From Ginglymostoma cirratum (Eukaryota): 64,000 nt of DNA. The stretch lies in assembly GCA_024137785.1 (NCBI GenBank), contig JAHRHZ010000116.1, positions 310,001-374,000 on the forward strand, read 5' to 3'. This document shows positions 25,146-39,521 of this stretch, one piece after another; the first letter of the stretch is position 1, and every line of letters starts with the position of its first letter. The notes below the pieces were generated by a model, which saw only the letters and a list, made by a program, of their open reading frames with translations, did no database searches and was not told the DNA's origin. The translations under genes were made by a program, and so were the position numbers.

Positions 25146-26496
25146 TGCATTTTTCAGATGGTGCAGACTCTGTTTCACCGATGGGCTAACTGGCTGATAA
25201 AGGTTTGTAATTCAACAGCAATCAACCGAATTTATTGGTCAGAATGTTTGGAGTTTCTTGGCTACTGTTGGAGCAGCACACATTCAAGCAAATTAGAAGT
25301 ATTCCTATGTAGTCTTGATGTCTGTTTTGTAGACACTGGGCAGTCATTGAGTGCTTGGGAGGGCAGTAAGTGTTTGTAATATACCAAGCGTCCAACCTGC
25401 TGTTTCAGCCTCACTGTTTGTATGAGTGGCCAAGTTCAATTCCTTTCAATAGGAACAGCCAGGATGTTGATGCTGGCAGATTCAGCGGCATTAAAGCTCT
25501 TGAACATTAAGGGATGATGAGCAAATCCTGTCATGAGAAGTCCATTGCTTAGCCCATATGTAGTATAAATATAATTTCCTAATTATTAACACAAAGCTGA
25601 GGGTTGTCCAGTAAATGGACACTGACTGTTTTATATCTGAAGAGTCATAAATAGTGTGGAAGTATGTGCTATCTCCATTGGACTTCCCCATGTTACGACC
25701 ATTACATTCTTGCAGATCATGTGGAAAAATAAAGATGCATGTGGAATGAACGAAGTCTTTACTCTGATCTTTATACAAGCCTACAGAAAATCCGATCCTT
25801 AAATATAATCCAGATATCTATGAAATAATGCGAGCCTTTCGGCAGTTGTCTGTGCAATCAATAAATCAGCAGCTTTCGGCGTGGGTAAAGAAAAAATTCT
25901 ATTGGTATCAACCGAAATTTGTCTTGTCTTTAGTCTTTCTGGAGTGTGACATAACCTGCAATGCCAGAATTTTTTCTCCAAATGAAAAACCTTCTGAATA
26001 TAATGGCCATATATCTTTTTCCACTGCTGCATTATTGGATGGAAGGAAATCTTAGAATTTGAAAAATGAAAGATGGGAACAAAGGTGAAGTCCTTCGAAG
26101 CCAAATTGAATTGCAAAAGTGATGTGTTGCCAAGAAACGCATGTAGTTACGGAGAAAGTAAAAGTTAAAAATATTTGATCAGAGGAGGTGTAAATAAATA
26201 AAGGGGGTAAAGAGCTTTCTTTCAGAGTTCGATCCAGAAATGCAAATATGAAAACAGCATCCAGACTAACAAGTCACTCCATCAAAAAAAAAGTTGATTG
26301 CAAGAAATCAGACAAATTGAAGTAATAGTGATGAATTGAAAGTATTTGAATGCAATGTTGAGCTGGTACGACTGCGAATATGCAATTCAACCCTCGCCAT
26401 TAGACAAAGTTAGGACTATATTCTCACTCGTTCATTGCAAACTGGTGGGAACGTTTCAGCTGTACACCTTATTTCGTTTTTTGGCGAAATCTCAAT

Positions 26497-29400
26497 GGAG
26501 AGATGATCGCCTAATGGTATCATGACTGCACAATTAATTCAGAAAATCAACTAACGTACTAGCGACCCAGATTCAAACGGGCTTATGACAGGTGGTGAAT
26601 TTTCAATTCAATTAAACATGTCGCGAAAAAAGACTACACTGATAGTCAGTTTTTTTGGAAAAAAACCTTTGTCGCTCACAAATGCTTCTCCCGGAAAGAA
26701 ATCTGCCATACTCACCTCGGTCTTGCCGCCAGGTTACCCAAGACCCACAGCAATATGATTGCCTCTCAGCTGTTTTCTAAAATATCCTGGAGATCCACGC
26801 AGTTATTTCAATCACCGTGAAGTCTCAACAATGAAATAAAACCGGATAGACATCCTGTCATCAATCTAGGCAGCAGAAAATACAATGGAGAAACACCACT
26901 GCAGACTCTGCACAGTACTCCCCAGTAAGGTCTGTGGGATAGTGACAAAATTGGAACAGTTTTCACAAGGACAGGTTACTTAACTTGCTTGGTGTAATCA
27001 CACATATAAAATCATACTTTACCTGTGACAATAATAAAACAAACCAACAACAACAACAAAGAAAATAGGCGTCACCACCACCATCCCTGAATATGTCTTG
27101 TCCTATCAGGACGACAAACAGAACAATGTTGGCGACACAATGGTATACAGTCGAAAGGGAGTTACCCAGACAATCCTCAAAATTGATGCCAAACCATGTG
27201 AAGGATCATGGCTTCAGAATAAGCATCGGCAAGACAAATTCCTGCTCGTTCTCATGGACCAAGCTCCACCAACAAATAAATCAGCACAGTTCTATGTTGA
27301 ACAACACTTTAGAAGAATCTCTGACGGTGAAATGGCATATATGTTCTCTGGCTGTGGCATTTCGACGACCACCATGAAGAGTGGCTCAGCAGTAGTTGTA
27401 CCGATCTAGCTGGTCGAATTGTAAAAGACTGAGCTGCCAGACTACGTCTAAGCCATGGGCTGAGGGAATCAACAAGAGCGGAGGGAGCATAATTGATCTC
27501 ATCCTTATCGCTCTGCCTGCTGCAGAAGCATATGACCATCACAATACCGGTATTGGTGACAACCACACAGTCCTTGTGGGGACAAAGTCTTCCTTTCACA
27601 TTAAATAACCGTGTTATGTGGTGCTATCACAATGCTGAATTGTACAATCTTCGAATGGATCTAGCAAATTAATACTGGGCATCCATGAGTCTCCGTGGGC
27701 CATAAGAAGGATCAGTATTGTACTCCAGATCAAACTGCAACCCCTTCGCCCGCTATATCTCTCACTGAACCATCACCATCAGGGAGGGCATCAACCTTGG
27801 TTCAATTGAGAGTGCAAAACAGCATGCCAGGTGTATCAGGCGGACATAAAAATGAGATAAGAACCAGGTGAAGTTACTGGACAGTAATTCTTGCATACGA
27901 AACAGGGAAAACTTCATTTGTTCCCGGCATGACAGATCCTAAACTTCAGTTAATTCGATGCAGTACACTTTATTAAGTAAGGCAAACTGCGGGCACAACT
28001 TGCTGCAATGGCTACGAGTCCTGAGAACATTCCTACAATAGCAGTGAAACCTTGTCCTGCAGAACTTGCCACTCTCCGAGCAAACTGTTCAAGTCCAGCT
28101 GCAACACTGGCAGTTACCCGGCAATGTGGAAAATTCCCCAGGACCAGCTATGCCCTGTATACTAAACGCAGGACAAATTCAAAGCAGCCAGTTTCTGCCT
28201 CATCAGTCTGCTCTAGATCATTAACATGATAGGTATGCACATCAACAGTGCAACCATGAGAGACCTACTCAGCAATAACCTGCTCAGTGATGCACCGTTT
28301 GGATGTCACCGGTTCCACTCAGCTGTCGACCTCATTACAGCTTTCGTTCGAACATTGACCAAAGAGCTCAATTCCAGACGTGAAATGAAAGTGACAGACC
28401 TTGATAATGGTGGCATCAAGGAACCAGAGCAAAACTGCAATCAGCGATTGTCAGAGGGCAAACATTGCACGAAATGGATTTATAGATATCACAAATGAAT
28501 GTGGATGTGATTGTTGGGGATCAGTTTTCACAAGTCCAGGACATCTCTGCTGCAGTTCCTTTTGTTGTGGCCTAATTCCATCTTCAGCGGCATTATTTAC
28601 GATCTTCCCTCCGTCATGAGCTCAAAACTGGGGATGTTTGCCGATGAGTACATACTGTTCAACGCCATTGGCGACTCCTCAGATACGGAAGCAATCCATG
28701 TCGAAATGGAACAAGTTCAGGAGAGTATCCAGGTTTGGGTGAGTAAGTGATAATCAACGCGTGAAACAAATGCCAGGCAATGACTGTCTCCAATAAGAGA
28801 AAATGTAACCATTCACCCCTTGCCATTCATCGGTGCTGTCATAACAGACTACCTCACTGCCAACATCGTGGACAGTTCCATTGACTGAATGTTTCCCCTG
28901 GGCTCACAACCTGAACACCATGATTATAAGAGCAGATCATAAGCTTAGAATACTGCAGTGTGTAGCTCACCACCTGATCTCCAAATCCTGATTATTATCT
29001 ACAAGACATAATTCAGAAGTGCAGTGAAATACTCTCTAGTCTCAATGTGTGCAGGTCCAACTCCTTATCCAGGACAAGGCAACCCGCTTTATTGTCATGA
29101 TATCCATAAACTTCCACTCTCTCCACCACCGAAACTCAAGATCAACAGTGTGAATTATATAAAAGATGCACTGCAGAAATTCACCAAGAGTCCGTATGCA
29201 GCATGTTCTAAACCTACGATCTGTTCTGCCCAGAAGGGGAAGGACAATGAATTCATATGAACATCATCACCTGCAAGTTTTCGTCCGAGTCACTCACCAT
29301 TCTGATTTGCAATTATATCGCCATACCTTCACTGTTGCTGGGTTCAAATCCAAGATGTCTTTCCCTAAGGGCATTGTAGTTTATCCTACACCACGTGTAC

Positions 29401-29510
29401 TGTAACAGTTCAAGTATGCAGCTCGTCACCATCTTCTGAAGAACAATTAAGGACCAGGATTAGATGCTGGTCATCCAGTGACTCCCAAGTCATAAATGAA
29501 CGAAAAATAA
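26497..29510 (+). mobile_element. degraded CR1/L2-group LINE with a tRNA-like 5' head
   Basis: APE endonuclease relics (MVYSRKGV..W.Q.KH.Q..FLL; IIDLILIALP...GIGDNHTVLVGTKS) and RT relics (LLSDAPFG.HR.HSAVDLITA; IYDLP...MFADE). The first ~280 bp and the 3' tail match the SINE at 13070. Confidence 0.8.
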
Positions 29511-32099
29511 TACCATCGAACTAATAGTCAGAGAATAACAATGGTGTCACTTTGAAACTGATATTACATATTTTGTGAATTATTAAATATTTTAGGTCCT
29601 GATTTGTCAATTGTATATTTAATATGATTGTGATTAAAAAAAATCCAACGTGGAATAGCCGAATTGCATCCGGATGGCCACTGTCATGTGTTCCTTGGCA
29701 GCAGATGTTTCATGACAGAAGGAGGAATTTTTTGTTTGCAGAACAGGGAGAGGTCAATAAGTAGAATAAAATATTTGGTTAATGTAAGGTTGCAACTGTA
29801 CACTTAAAGTTTACTTAAGTCAATCTATCTCGGAATCCACTTTTTATATACCCGATTGATGTTGAAGACATTCGTCATTTTCTTATAAAAGGAAGATACC
29901 AGAAAATTGTTCTTTGACAAGCTTTTACTTACCATTAGCCGCAGACTGTTAAAAAGGCCACGGTGTTTCCAATGAGTTGTTGGTGTAAAACTGTACAAAA
30001 TGAACAGATCTCACAGTGAATTGTGAATATGTTTATTTTCAACAACGCAAGGAGAGGCTGTCCCCCATTTCATTTCTGCTTCACTCCTTCTCCTTAATGC
30101 TGGATTATTATTCTTCTCTATTAATTTCTGTTGTTGGTGACAATTACCAGGCCAGCATTTATGTTCTTGTTTCTAGACTCTGTCAGTTCGAGTATTCCAC
30201 TTTGAAAGCCATTGATGGTATGCTATTTTATGATGCTTCAGTTGAGTAGCATCCAACTCACGGCCTCTGTTTCACACGACAAATAGTTTACGTGTAGGTT
30301 AAACCGACTGATTTCCCGTATGGGAATTGTCAATTGGTACTGTGACAACAGTGAATGCTCGTACCTCACTGATAATTAAACTAAAATAAAACTCCCAATC
30401 TGTTATGACAGGAGTAAGGTTTCCCCTCCAGTAATTAATCTGTAAATATTCAAAGGAGCTCTTTTAGCCCCTTGTAATCTATTAGTGGAGTATTTAATAA
30501 ACGAAAATTCCTCATCTCCACTTTACAAGTAACAAGAAGCAATTTTTTCATTTAAATGAACAAATTAACAAACGTACCAACAAACCAACAATTCTACGAC
30601 CTACTCCCTATCTGATCTGAATTATCCTGGGTTGTTGTTCAAATTCTGTCATTTCCAGTCTCTTCACAAACACATTTCTTCTGTTAATTCTGCTTTAAGG
30701 AATGTTTTTTCTGTGTAATTTCTTCAATGAGGGCTTGAGCTAAAATACCATGGTACCATTGACTAATTAGTTGGGCTTTCTCTGAGAGCGGAATGATGCT
30801 AACTCCAGCAGGTCACGCATGTCTCTGTCATGCATCTGGCAGTTGGCTCTCCCCGAATTTTCCAAATGCCGTTGTCTTGTGTACTTGTAATGATATAATC
30901 AAATTCTTAAAATACTATTGGTTTCAGATTGTAACACCATCAGATTTAAATTAAATTAGATTTGAATCTCCGAGTTTGGTTTTAAATTAAATGTTGGAAT
31001 TCAACTTGCTCTCACAACATCAAAACAAAGCTGCTGTTTTGTCTGCCACCAGTAAGGCTTTTATGTTGACACACGTGTTTCACTTTTTGTGGCTATTTAT
31101 ATTGGCAACTTCTGCTGCACACAGTCATATTTCATTTTTTAAAATTGTTATGTACAGACAAAGCACAAATCTCTTAAAGGAACCATACATTGTCGATTCC
31201 TGCCTTCATTTTCACAATGACTCTCCCCAACCTAGTAACAGTACAACTGCCCTGACTATTGGACCGCATCAGGAAACCGCTTCCAGGCGAAATATGCCTA
31301 AAAAACAATATCTCCATCGTAGTGCCTTGAGTCTGCAAACTATTGCTGCCCGCTTGTCTATTGTCGGTACCAGAATAAATAATTTCTATTGCCTGTTTAG
31401 CTGCAGATTAAAATGACATCTTTTCCCTCCCTTCGCTTGAGGCTCGGCTGCAGCTGAATAACAGAATCCCCGCTGCTCAGATCTAGAACATTTCGATAAA
31501 ATGCAATGGAAATTAGCGATTAAATGTTCATCTGAAATTGACTGAAGGCAAAATATCACACTCAGCATTCCATAAATTTAGACCAAGACTGGAAGAGAGA
31601 AAAAGACATTTGGCATTGAATTTTGTTGATGTTTATGCACTGAATCCTATTACTCTCCCTCTCATCTTCATGTAACTGCATCAGTACTACTTCCATTTAT
31701 TTCTTTATCATTTATTTAGTAAGCGTCTTCTGAAGACTCTTGCTATTATTCAAGTCATTCCTCTCTATAATAATGATTTAATCGTGATAACAATACTCCG
31801 TATTAAAAGGTTGTTCAATATATTTCTTTTTTGAATGTATTTTGACTCATATTTTTGAGCCATGGTTTTGGAACGTTCCATAACTGAAAACATCACGTGA
31901 AATCTATTAAACTTCATTAAATCTTTAAAGACCTCTATCATGTCGCCCTTGAAACGTTGCCTTGTTGGAATGAAGAATCCGTAATAAAATGAGTACACAG
32001 ATCAATTCATTTATCATGCTTATAAAATATTCTTTCCCCGATTTACTTTTGCTCATATTTCAACTGTGATATCGGGTGAATTCTGCTTACCGACAACTA

Positions 32100-34490
32100 C
32101 TTTAATTAGAGAAGTTATTTCTGAGGGGTCATTTCGTGAAAATATCTGAGGTCAAATTAGAAATAATAAAAGGATGATCACCTTGATGATATTGTACTGC
32201 AGCATCCCCTTCGTTCCCGGGTAAGAGGGGAATTAATTAACAAACATGGGCAGAGATCGCGGACACATATCCAAATCATAAGGTTCTAATCTTAGGGGAT
32301 TTTAATTTTCCATGGATTAGTGCTGCTATAGTGATAAAGATCTGAATGGTGAGGAGTTTGTTAAACCTCTTTCACGAAAAATTTCTTCAACATTATCTGA
32401 ACGTTCCTATCAGAGCAGGGGCAAAAGTTGACTTCTCTTTCGAAATAGTGCAGGGAAAGTGACTGAAGTCCTAGTGGAGGACCACTTTAGGAATCAGTGA
32501 TCATAATATTATTAGTTTTAATGTAGCTATGGAAAAATGTACGTCATCTATAAAATTTAAATTTATTAACTGGAGTAAGACAAATTTTAAGGGTTAAAAC
32601 AAGAACTTTCAAAAGTTGTTTGAAGTAGACTGTTCACAGGTAAAGGGACGTCAAGGAAGTTGGAAACGCTCAAAAGTTTGATAAAGAGAGTTCAGATGCA
32701 TTATGTGCCTGTTAGATTGAGAGGTAAGTTTGGTAAGACTAGAGAGCAATAGATGCATAACGGTGTTGACGTTTAGTTTAAAATAAAAAAAGAGTCACGT
32801 CTTCAGTGTCGACAACAGGGATCAACTTAATCACTTAACGAGTATAAAGAGTGTCGGGAATTCTGAAGAAGAAAATCAGAAAGGGAATATGAGCTGGCAT
32901 AGCAGATAAGGTTTAAGATAATCGAAAAAAAAGGCAAACACATTAAGACGAAGAGAGCAAACACGGAAAGTAGAAAACTTTAAAGATCAACTTGATCATT
33001 TCTGTATTGAACTGCAGGAGATGGGAGAAATATTAAATGAGTAATTTGAGCCCCTTTTTAATTTGAGAAACATCAGGGAAATAAAGATGTTTTGAATATT
33101 GCTCACATTACAGAAGAGAAAGTGCTGAAGAGGAAGAATGTAAAGGTAGATAAAGCTCCAACACCTGTTCAAGTTTATGCCAGGACGTTCTGGGAATTAG
33201 GTAAGAAGTTTTGGGGCACCTTGCAGAAATATTTGTATCATTTATACACAAGCCATGTACCAGAGGAACCGTGTGTGGTTAATCTTGCGGCATTGTTTAA
33301 GAAAGACTGCAATGAGAAGTTTGTAAAATACAGACCTGTGAGTCTCACATGGCTTTTTTGTGATTTGTTGGTGATTAGTCTGAAAAATAAGATTTTCACG
33401 CATTTCAGAGGCAAGGATTGATCAGGGATAGGAAACATGGTTTTGAGCGAGGAAATCCTTGTTTCACAAATGCGATTGCAGTCCAAATGAAGTAAAAAGA
33501 TGGATGAGCACAAAGTGGTCAATGTTCCCCAGATTTTAGTAACAACTTGTACAATGTACCAGGTGTTAGACTAGTTCGTAAGACTGGATCACACGGGATT
33601 GAGGGTGAGCTTACCAATCGCATACAAAATTATCTGTGTGGCAGGTGGCATAGGGCTGGTTTTCTCACTGGAAATACGTGATCATTGGTATCCACAAGAA
33701 TCGGTATTGTTTCCAATTCTGTTTGTAATTTACGTAATGGGAATATAGGAGGCAAAGTTAGTACGTTTGCGGATGACACCAAAATTAGTGGTAGATTGGA
33801 CAGTGAAGAAGGTTACCTGAGCTTACGAAGAGATCTTCAGCAATGCAGCCAAAAGTCTGAAGACTGTCATATGGAGTTTAATGCGACGTATTGCCTGTTG
33901 TTAAAACAAGTAATGAAAGGACTATACAATCAATGTGAAGGCCCTGGTTGATTTTGTAGAACACACAGACCGTAGGGTTTCAGGTCCATAATTCTCTCAA
34001 CATTGTGTTCCAGTTGGACAGGTTGCTTAAGAAAGCGTTTAGCACTCTTACANNNNNNNNNNGATATAAAGGTTGGGATTTCTTTTTTCCACCGGAACGT
34101 AAGAGTTTGAGGTATGATATATTGAGGCTTAAAAGTTCATGAGGAACATCGTTGACGTAAATTCCAAGAGGTTCTTCTCCCTGTCGTGGAGGATCTCAAG
34201 ATCATGGAGCATGCATTTAAAGCGAAAAGAGAAAGATTTTAAAGAAGGCATGAGCAGCAGATGTTTTGCACGGATAATGCGTTGTGTGAGGAATGATTTC
34301 CAGTGAATGTGGCAGTTTCAAATAAGTTTACAACTTTTGAAGGCAAAGTTTAATAAAACATCATGAAAAGAGAAATTCTGGGGGAATATGGGCCATGGGC
34401 AGGTAGATGGGACTAGTTACTTTGCAAAGAAGGCTGGCTTGAATCTGTTGAAGTGAAGGATCTGTTTCCCTGCACTGTGCCACCATGATT
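32100..34490 (+). mobile_element. degraded CR1 LINE (EN-RT-3' end)
   Basis: LILGDFNF-like EN motif near 32290; KVDKAP.P...Y.R; LFKK....YRPVSLT; KVSTFADDTKISG; CR1 3' end. Spans a 10-N gap. Confidence 0.85.
34053..34062. other. assembly gap (10 N)
   Basis: Run of N inside a CR1 copy; true distance unknown. Confidence 1.
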
Positions 34491-37370
34491 CTTCTAAAAA
34501 TACCGCACTATCTCCACTTGAAACGAAAATTGTTCTATATTAAAGGACCAAACAGTTTATTTTATAAACTGTTGTAATGAGGTGAACAAAATTGTTGAAT
34601 GCTTCTTGTGATTCAATGTCTTGATGTCCAATTTGAATCAGACAACTGATCCCGGTGGCTGGGAGCATCGATCAAGTTTACTTGCATCGAGTGCAGACAC
34701 AAACGGCCCGTCAGGTTAGCAGAATTCAGATCACCTCACTAAATACTATCATTAAAAAGAATGGATTCTAGTTTACAAAAAAAGAGAAGAAATCCTTGAC
34801 TAATTATTGAAACGCAGAAACTCAGGCTTTGTTAAGTGGAGGATTAATTCACTGTTAAAGATTACTCACAATCTTACTGATGGACAATGCTAACCTCGAC
34901 ATTTGGGTTACTATTAAAATTCATTTTGTTGAAGACTTTCAAGTCCTTTAGCCTCAGTCTGACTGTCTCAATTTCCCTAATTATCTATGTGAGTCGTGGG
35001 AAATGCTGTCTTCCCGATCTGCAGCTCATTATAGCGGCGAAGGGACTCGTATGTATTTTCCAAATTTGTGTTACTATAAAGTTACTTTGAAATATAAATA
35101 CGAAGGACCAAAAAGATGCTGCTCGAGATTTGAGGAAATTGCATAAAGAAATAATTCGGAGGATGTGGTGTTTTCATGAAGCTGCTGCCCTTGTCCTTCC
35201 AGTTTACCGTGATTGCATGCTTCAAATGCGCTGTCGAGGAAAGCTTGTTGAAGAGATGCAGTGTAACTAGCAGATGATATGTAATATTATCAGAATGTGA
35301 TGGTAGTGCTGACAGTGACAAGTGTTGGATGGCGTGCCTCTTAGAAATTATTTATTTTAAGGGCGACACTTTTATTGAGTGAGGCAATAAAAGTACCCAT
35401 GCACCTAATTAACCAAATTAAATTCACCCCATTAAGATTAGAGTAAAAGAGAAAATTTATTCAAAAGCAGATTCCACACTCATGATCTGAACAACTCCGA
35501 ACGGCACAAGGTCCAAGGGAATCCATTACAATCACGTTTCCTTCAAACTTGTTGGTATTCCTACTTCTAAATATATTCCAAGTCTTCTATCACTCGCGGG
35601 TGCAAATTTAGTAATATGTTGGCTGAAAGCTCTGTGGATGCACTTTAGCACAGGTACTCGAGAGAACAAGGCTGAGCTCCATTAAGTCATTGGTCGGAAT
35701 CAGAACGATACAGTAATCTTGCCTTGCCAGTGTTTTCAATATCGACATTATGAAAACAGAATAATGCGTTGTGAGAAGCAGTGGGCAAGAAGAAAAACAA
35801 TCATCAGTTTCATACTTTCCGACCTTTGTTTTTCTCCTTTGATTTACACATGTTATATATTGCATTTGTGTGAATCTTCTTTTTCATTATTTCTCTATTT
35901 CGTCTTCTTTGTTCCAATTTCCACTCGTAGACTCTTATTCATCAATTGTCTCTCTGCTTTTGCAAAGTGAAACGGTTTCAGCAGTTATTTTGCAAAACGT
36001 TATACTTACCTTTTGGAGCACGAACAATGATGCATTGAGGGATAGGTGTGGGCAAATTGGAAACTTTAAATTTTTCATTAAAATTGTTTTTAAGAGAACA
36101 TGAGCACGGAGTGAAATGATGAGAAAGATCGTCAGAAGCGGACATGCCAGAATAACGGGAAAATGATGTCAGACGCTTTATGCAATCAGGAAAATCAAAT
36201 AACAATAACAATAACATTGACCCAGACAGATACAGAGGTAGAAACGGTAATCATCAGAATATTTAGGAAGAATACAAATGACCATTTCAAATACAGAATC
36301 ATAGCATGTTAGAAGCCAAGCGCTGGCAAATAGGTTCAGAATAGTTGGATGCTTGATGAGTGTCGTGGGCGCAATGGGTCGACGAGCTTCTTTACGTTCA
36401 TTTAAAAAAAAAACTTCTCTGACTCTTTCTCTCTAACTCAGATTACATCAATAGTCACATCAACACAACAGTTCAGGATATGAGGACAATGGACATCGAG
36501 TTGAATGAAGGATAAATAACCACATCAATTAAGAAAATCATTTAGAAAAGTGTTCAACAGAATCTTAAGAAATAGGAGCATGCCATTTAATCACTCCAGC
36601 TTTCCCCAGGATGAAATCAGCAAACATACCGTTTTTTTGCTATCTCGCATTCAAAGATAGCTCACCACAGATTTGAATCACAGCATGCACATTTACTGAA
36701 ATAAATTATTCCATTTTAGAAACCCTCTGCCCAGCAAATATGTAGTGTGTTAGCACTTGAAGCGAAATATAAGCTTCTATTGTTTTTCGGTTTTGCCTTT
36801 ATTATAACATGTTATACTCATATGTTTCATCATGGCGTTGGCTTCTAACTCTGCTATTATTTCCTGGGACTATGGTTTTCCTCAAACATTAAGCGTGAAT
36901 GGAGTCGAGAATATATTTTTTCACCCAGACAGAGGTCAGCCTGTGCAATTCTGCGCCACAGAGAACGATTGAAGGCAAAATATTGAATATTTTCAGTATC
37001 AGAAACTCTGAGGAGGACCTCTAACATTTGGAGGCCTTTTCCTGAACTTGTAGTTCAGCACAACAAATGAAAGTTTTGCAATTACCATTTGGCCTCGAGT
37101 TTGTATGTAATTGTTTCCTCCTCAGTTAAAAAAAAATCAATAACAATTGAACATCTTACGAATTTGGTAAATACAATAACTAAGCTGATACACAAATCAG
37201 GTTAGGCAAAGGGAGCGAAATAATCGTTCAACGAACTGTAACTGATTTTTTTTAATGTAACGTAATTGTCCCTTCGGGAGTCTAAGTTAGAATAAATAAG
37301 GGGCATATCGAATGTGGCTCAGACATAAAGCCTCCATCCTCTGGCATTCCTTCATTCTCTGAAAATAAGG

Positions 37371-37440
37371 ATGCATGGTCCAGCAAACGGAATCTTCTTT
37401 GCCATTGTCTATCCCTTTCTTGCTGTTATTGGCGTGCCTG
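37371..37440 (+). CDS. GPR139: GPR139-like GPCR copy B, coding exon 1
   Basis: ATG reads MHGPANGIFFAIVYPFLAVIGVP, then G|GTAATT; 70 nt, phase 1, homologous to exon 1 of copy A. Confidence 0.88.
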
Positions 37441-38646
37441 GTAATTAATGGATTCCAACGAAATCAGTTTTTTTTTCTTTTATTCTACATAAATATTTGT
37501 TCTTCTCTTTCATATTATTTCTAATATTTAGTGTTATCTGAGAATAACAGACTTCACGATATTAGATTGTGTTATCGTACGTTATGGTATTCTTTGCACT
37601 TGTATTTCGGATCTTTAAAAATCAGTACCTTGAAGTGCATTTCTATAAAGCTGATATTTCTTAGTTTAATAAAATGCTTGGATATTAGATCATTCAATTT
37701 CTAACATGAGTTTCTGTCATAATATGTTGAGTAGTAATCTAATGTATTTAATGTGACATGAAATAGTAACGTTGTTATGTTTCCTGATAATTCAGCACCA
37801 TTGATCTTATATCAAGAATGAGTAAAGAGATGCTGGAAGAAACAAGTGGTTTTGAAAGATTTAAAGTTAATTCTTATTTTGTCTTCTCCTGATGGGTTTT
37901 GTACATTCGACTTTCAAGGTGGTATCAAGTGTTCATATCCTCAGCGGATGAGTGGTTTCTGATAAAAGAGAGCAATGGTTACTTATCTGTAATTTTCACT
38001 GATAAAGTGGGCGTGCTTCACGGGAGTTTTAACAAACAAATTTGACACTGGGAAAGGAAGGGGGAGACCTATAGAAGGGACAAGAGAGCGAATCACTGAG
38101 GGATTGATTTTCACTGACAAGAACTTCGACAGTAAATGAGCAACAACCAATAATACCACAGATTAAATTCAGAGAGGCGCAAAAGACCAGCATTGGAGGG
38201 AATCTGGACAGACGTGGCGATCTCAGATGATCATATCATTCAACAGGTACGATAGTGTACAGACTGCGATAGGATTTCAAAAGTAGGAGATGAAATTGCT
38301 AAAAACCATGATTTCTCCAGAGGGAAAGACTGTGTAGGTTAGTGAGGGTATGTGAATAAATTGGATTAGACTGATTAAAGCAGTGGACAGAAAATCCTTA
38401 GGATGAGTTTAAACTGAATTCTCAGTTGTAGGAGTCATCTCAGTGGCCAGCGAGCGGTCTGCAATGAGTCCTGTATGAACACAAGTATCATTCAGTGGTG
38501 AATATCGAACCATCAACAATGAGTTTTGAAAAAGGCCATTTATGTGCATGGAAACTCAAAGGAGTGGACTCTTTTAGTTCCAGAATACTGAAACAGATGA
38601 TTTCATCCCACGCAGTGTCATATTTCACTCTCTTCGTCTCTCACAG

Positions 38647-39521
38647 CAAACTTGTTGGCGATTGCAATCCTAACTCGAGGACGATGTGGACTTTCTCGAT
38701 GCATCACTTGTTACCTGAAGGCAATAGCGGTGGCAGATTTCTTTGTCATCGTTACCGGCTGTATCTTAAACAGAATTGGCCGCATCTATTTTAGCTACAG
38801 TATCCTGTCTACCTCCCCCGGCTGCAGCATCAATGCTGTGATGGTCTATGCAGCTCGGGATGGTTCTGTCTGGCTGACAGTGGCCTTCACGATAGATCGT
38901 TATATGTCTGTCTGCTGCCAGAGTGTGAAGTCCATTTACTGCACTGAGAAAACTGCATCACTAGTCATCGGAATCATTTGTATTTCTTTCTGCATCAAGA
39001 ACATTCCGTATTACTTTATCTACGAACCCTTATACATTCTGAATGGGGTGCCCTGGTTCTGTAACATCAAGCCCGACTTCCATACTGCGTCTGCCTGGCA
39101 ATCTTACTACTGGCTCGACCGTATCTTAACCCCTTTTCTCCCTTTCCTCCTCATTCTGCTTCTCAACGTCCTGACTATGAGGCACATTCTTGCAGCGAGC
39201 AGAGCACGAAAGAGGCTCCGGGGCCCTGCAAATCGTGATGACTTGGAGATGGCCAACCGTAAGAGGTCAATTGTCCTGCTCTTTGCCATAACGCTCAGTT
39301 TCCTCTTCCTTTGGGCCACCTATATCGGACGTTTCCTTTACAGATTGATTGCACGCGATGTGTACTTCAGCAGCCTAAACTTTAGAGCCCCTCAGTACAT
39401 CCTTCAAGAATCTACCAACATGTTCATGTTACTTAGCTCCTGCAACAACATCGTCATCTATGTGGTGTCACAGAAAAAGTTCAGAAAGGAACTGAAGGAG
39501 CTATTGACGTGTTCCTTCTAA
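38647..39521 (+). CDS. GPR139: GPR139-like GPCR copy B, coding exon 2 (spliced protein 314 aa)
   Basis: Acceptor tctctcacag|CA gives GVP-A-NLLAIAIL. Contains WLTVAFTIDRYMSVCC, TPFLPFLLILLLNVLT and NMFMLLSSCNNIVIYVVSQKKFR; all 7 TMs open; intron 37441-38646. Confidence 0.92.

Noticed and set aside
30055-30105. Pyrimidine-rich stretch resembling receptor TM5 (LLLLNA)
   Set aside because: Low complexity and no flanking receptor similarity.
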